Origin: Candidatus Bathyarchaeia archaeon
GTDB taxonomy: Archaea; Thermoproteota; Bathyarchaeia; Bathyarchaeales; Bathycorpusculaceae
Assembly (NCBI GenBank): GCA_049516875.1
Contig: JBEKSS010000005.1
Location: 32,001-96,000 of the forward strand
Direction: 5' to 3'
DNA: 64,000 nucleotides
This document shows positions 60,922 to 64,000 of the stretch, in pieces. Both the position numbers and the translations under genes were made by a program. Position 1 is the stretch's first letter. Every line of letters starts with the position of its first letter. The notes under the pieces were generated by a model that was not told the origin of the DNA, searched no databases, and was given only the letters and a program-made list of their open reading frames with translations.

Positions 60922-61200
60922 TTGAAGCTTCTACTTGATGAAATGTATGCCGGCCTGAAGGAGTACTTCGAAACGCTCGGATGGGAGGTACAGACAGCTC
61001 AGGATGCTGGGTTGAAAGGCGCAAGCGACAAGGACATAGTTGAATACGCCAAGAGTCACAATCTGCTGCTGATAACCCAAGATCAGAAACCAGCAGAACT
61101 GGCCGAACTGGTCGGAGTAAAATACGTGCTCATATCGAACGCGATGATAGCTAGGATAGCTGACGCAAAAATAAAAGAAAAATACTTGAACAGCAGATAA
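60922..61200 (+). CDS. PIN-like (DUF5615/Mut7-C) protein
   Basis: KLLLDEM...GASDKDI...LITQD; TTG start after AGGTGA. Confidence 0.8.
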   Translation: MKLLLDEMYAGLKEYFETLGWEVQTAQDAGLKGASDKDIVEYAKSHNLLLITQDQKPAELAELVGVKYVLISNAMIARIADAKIKEKYLNSR

Positions 61201-61217
61201 ATACCTAGAGGATTTAC

Positions 61218-61496
61218 ATGTCAACAGTTGAGGTTACGGTGAAAAGTCAGAGGGGCAAATGCGTCTTCGGGCATAACGTGGGCGACAAAATCGTGTTTGA
61301 CGGCAGGTCCGTTAAGGGCGACGTCTGCTACAGCGCTCTGATGGTTCTGCTTCCTAAGGTTTACGCGATGAGGTACGACGCGAGCTTCCCGTGGGCTAGG
61401 GACAAAGACGCAATCTGCAACGCCTGTCCAGACGGAGAGAACCCAGTCGTTTTCGAGATTCGAAGAGTTCGAGAAAAGGCTGCGGGCAGGCAATGA
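61218..61496 (+). CDS. TIGR04076-like Cys protein
   Basis: GKC..GH.VGD...C..A...CPD....V.FEI. Confidence 0.8.
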   Translation: MSTVEVTVKSQRGKCVFGHNVGDKIVFDGRSVKGDVCYSALMVLLPKVYAMRYDASFPWARDKDAICNACPDGENPVVFEIRRVREKAAGRQ

Positions 61497-61504
61497 AGAA
61501 AGCG

Positions 61505-62581
61505 TCATTGAACAAGTGTTCTCTGTTTTTCGGCTGAGACAAGGTTTGAAACCCTTACGCCAACGAGTCTGACTCTCCTCCCTGGTTTAAGATAAGGTTG
61601 GAGAAGCTCCCTTGCCGTTTTTTCCACGTCCTGCAGTCGATTCGTGATGAAGGACAGTGTCCTGCCGTGCATGTGAGTTTCGAAATTTTCGTAACGAACG
61701 CGGATTGTGATGGTCCTGAATTGGACACGTTGTCTCAGAACATCTTCCACGACCTCTTCTGAAAGCCGGTCAAGGGTCTTCAAGACAGCCTCAAAGTCAG
61801 TCGTGTCTTCTTGGAAAGTCGACTCTCGGCTTATAGACTTAATCCAGCTTCTTTCTTGGACCTCACTGTTGTCGATTCCGCGGGCCATCAGATGAAGCTG
61901 TTTCCCCACCTCGCCGAAAGCGTCAGCTAACACAGTTGGGTCACAACGAGCCAAGTCTTCTATAGTCTTTATTCCCATGCTCTCGAGTTTTTGCCCAGTC
62001 TTCCGGCCAACCCACAGAAGCTTACGCACCGGCAAAGGTGCAAGAAACCTCTCAACGTCTTCCTGTTTGACGATGGTCAGGCCATTGGGTTTTTGAAAGT
62101 CGCTCGCTATTTTGGCGACCAGCTTGTTTGAGCTTATTCCCACCGAACCGGTCAGCTTTTCCGTGGCGCAGATTTCATCCTTTATCTGCCGAGCCAGAGC
62201 CTCTGCTGACGGATAACCCTCCAACTTTGAGGTCACATCCAGAAAGGCTTCATCAATGCCCCATTGTTCAAACTTATCAGCGTGTTTCCGCAGTATCTGC
62301 ATGATTTCATTTGATACTCTCGCGTAGAGTTCGTAGTTAACAGGCAAGTAAACTGCTTCTGGACACAGTTTCCAGGCCCTAGAGATGGGCATGCCTGACT
62401 TTATGCCAAACTTCCTAGCCTGGTAATTGGAAGTGCTTACGACACCCCTTCCTGTCCCCCCCTTTGGGTCGGCTCCCACAATTACTGGCTTATCTTTGAG
62501 CTCCGGATGCTCCCTCTCCTCCACAGCAGTGAAAAAATGGTCCATGTCAAAATGGAATATTATCCTTCTTCTCTCGCTCAT
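61505..62581 (-). CDS. dinB: DNA polymerase IV (Y family)
   Basis: DMDHFF, YQAR, IDEAFLD, KPNG, little finger domain. Confidence 0.95.
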   Translation of the reverse strand: MSERRRIIFHFDMDHFFTAVEEREHPELKDKPVIVGADPKGGTGRGVVSTSNYQARKFGIKSGMPISRAWKLCPEAVYLPVNYELYARVSNEIMQILRKHADKFEQWGIDEAFLDVTSKLEGYPSAEALARQIKDEICATEKLTGSVGISSNKLVAKIASDFQKPNGLTIVKQEDVERFLAPLPVRKLLWVGRKTGQKLESMGIKTIEDLARCDPTVLADAFGEVGKQLHLMARGIDNSEVQERSWIKSISRESTFQEDTTDFEAVLKTLDRLSEEVVEDVLRQRVQFRTITIRVRYENFETHMHGRTLSFITNRLQDVEKTARELLQPYLKPGRRVRLVGVRVSNLVSAEKQRTLVQ

Positions 62582-62771
62582 GATGTTCCTTATCCGATTA
62601 AAATGCTCTGGTGTCAAGAAGGATGCCCACTGATTTCAATCTATCTAATCTATCAAAGGAAATGGGCATTTGCTGCCTCTGGTTACGCGCATCCAAACTA
62701 AAGATTCTGCATTCATAATCCTTAATGCCTTCAACAAAAGACAGTAAAGCCAATTTGCCTGAGGAACAGCA

Positions 62772-63005
62772 ATGAAAGAGAATGATATTAGCAAGGAAGC
62801 AGCTGAGCAAATAGCGGTTGAACTCCTCAAGAGAAGAAAGTGCAACCAGAGAATTGACGTCTCCACAGTTGAACAGAAAAATGAGACCTGGATTGTTCGA
62901 GGAACATGCCCTATTGACATGGAGGGACACCCATGGGCCGAAAAATTCGAAGTCACTGTGGACACGAGAGGAAGAATCAAATCTGCTGATTTCGCGTTAC
63001 TGTGA
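62772..63005 (+). CDS. Small PepSY-like hypothetical protein
   Basis: ISKEAAEQIA...W.V.G...V.VD..G.I. Confidence 0.65.
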   Translation: MKENDISKEAAEQIAVELLKRRKCNQRIDVSTVEQKNETWIVRGTCPIDMEGHPWAEKFEVTVDTRGRIKSADFALL

Positions 63006-63102
63006 AAACTCGGGCCTCAGACTTCACTCTTTCTTCGCTCCGCAGAGAATTGAATAGTTATATCTGAAAACTGCGTTTCTAATCTTAGGAATGTGACCAT
63101 AG

Positions 63103-63561
63103 TTGTTTGAGAAAACACTGGTTACGTTAGATGGTTCTGAACATTCGGTTCAAGCTTTGCGAACTGCGATTCAAATCGCAAGGAAATTCAATGGAAAACT
63201 GACGTTAGTCCACGTGTACGCCATAACCGTCGCGCCTATTGTGGTACCAGAGCCGACCACTCTCACTCCTTCAGGAGTCCCTGTGGTCACGCCGGCTGAA
63301 GTTTCAAGGATGATTGAAGCTGCCCGTGAGAGGGGCCAGCGAATCTTGGACGACGGTGAAAAGGAGGTGAAGTCTGAGGATGTTCAAGTCGAATCCACGC
63401 TCAAAGAGGGAGGCACTGTTCAAGAAATCACAAGACTCGCAAAAGAGGGCAACTTCGATCTGATAGCCATAGGCGCCAAAGGTGTAGGCAGGCTAAGAGA
63501 GTTCCTGTTAGGAAGCGTGAGCGAGGGTGTCATGAAACATGCACCTGCCCAGTTTTGGTAG
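63103..63561 (+). CDS. Universal stress protein (1-nt deletion at C-terminus)
   Basis: DGSEHS, G..G...LLGSVS; the canonical PCPVLVVK end is in the shifted frame. Confidence 0.9.
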   Translation: MFEKTLVTLDGSEHSVQALRTAIQIARKFNGKLTLVHVYAITVAPIVVPEPTTLTPSGVPVVTPAEVSRMIEAARERGQRILDDGEKEVKSEDVQVESTLKEGGTVQEITRLAKEGNFDLIAIGAKGVGRLREFLLGSVSEGVMKHAPAQFW

Positions 63562-63761
63562 TCAAGTGATCCGACAGTTTTTTCAGAGGGGCATCTGGAG
63601 TCTTGCAAGTTTTCAGGCGTGCAGGTTCCAGCAGGTTCAAACAAACTGTGCCCACGCGAACTGTGAGGTTCAGCTCGGCCTAGGCTTCCAGTTTCAGAAA
63701 GAGTACAGAAAGATATTTCTGCTTAGTCAACTAAACAGTGAAATTCTGAGCGTGTATCCTG

Positions 63762-64000
63762 ATGCAGAGGAAGGACATTCTGCGAGAGCCAGTAAAACAC
63801 GTGAAGATTAACGGGACACTCACAGTCGACCAGCTTGTCAGGCAGTTCAAAAATTCAGGCTCCTTTGGGGCTGGAAGACTCGCGGCGGCGTGTGACATCT
63901 ACGAGCGAATGCTGCGCGACCAGAAATGCACTGTTTTCTTAGCCCTGGCCGGAGCCGTCGTCCCTGCTGGGATGCGAACCTTGGTTGCAGACATGATTCG
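63762..64000 (+). CDS. dys: Deoxyhypusine synthase, partial
   Basis: MQRKDILREPV...GSFGAGRL..AC.IY..ML....TVFL.LAGA.VPAGMR; runs off the window. Confidence 0.85.
   Translation, partial: MQRKDILREPVKHVKINGTLTVDQLVRQFKNSGSFGAGRLAAACDIYERMLRDQKCTVFLALAGAVVPAGMRTLVADMI

Noticed and set aside
63530-63570. Novel USP C-terminus
   Set aside because: Restoring a single missing base gives the canonical PCPVLVVK; likely an error or recent mutation.

Overview
Archaeal chromosomal window. It is most likely Bathyarchaeia/TACK, inferred from gene content and GGGGTG/AGGTG Shine-Dalgarno sites; no database was searched. Bases ~1-18.5 kb are an integrated mobile element (provirus- or plasmid-like; no integrase lies in the window). 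It has a replication module (AbrB-like regulators, P-loop helicase-like Rep, DUF6011-like, ParB), two beta-rich putative virion proteins, and an unusual co-oriented 6.8-kb array (9.87-16.63 kb). In the array, small unrelated genes are separated by about 12 copies of a ~22-bp junction (C-rich, oligo-T, CTGTTC-like, GGGGTG). Three highly structured non-coding segments (~500, ~520 and ~130 nt, with GNRA/UUCG loops and a pseudoknot) are interleaved. Four unrelated array proteins share a C-terminal F-S-L-x-x-hydrophobic peptide motif. This array is the best candidate for an undescribed system. The rest is host DNA: trmI, a DapA-like aldolase-Fae fusion, a maltodextrin/glycogen locus, two DUF72 genes, an orphan archaellin, a decayed MBL hydrolase, an ABC-2 exporter, a two-domain Rpb5-like Rpo5, nrdR-nrdD-nrdG with two NrdR boxes, tRNA-Ile/tRNA-Arg, a secreted metalloprotease, dinB, USP and deoxyhypusine synthase. 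All family assignments come from motif recognition by eye.
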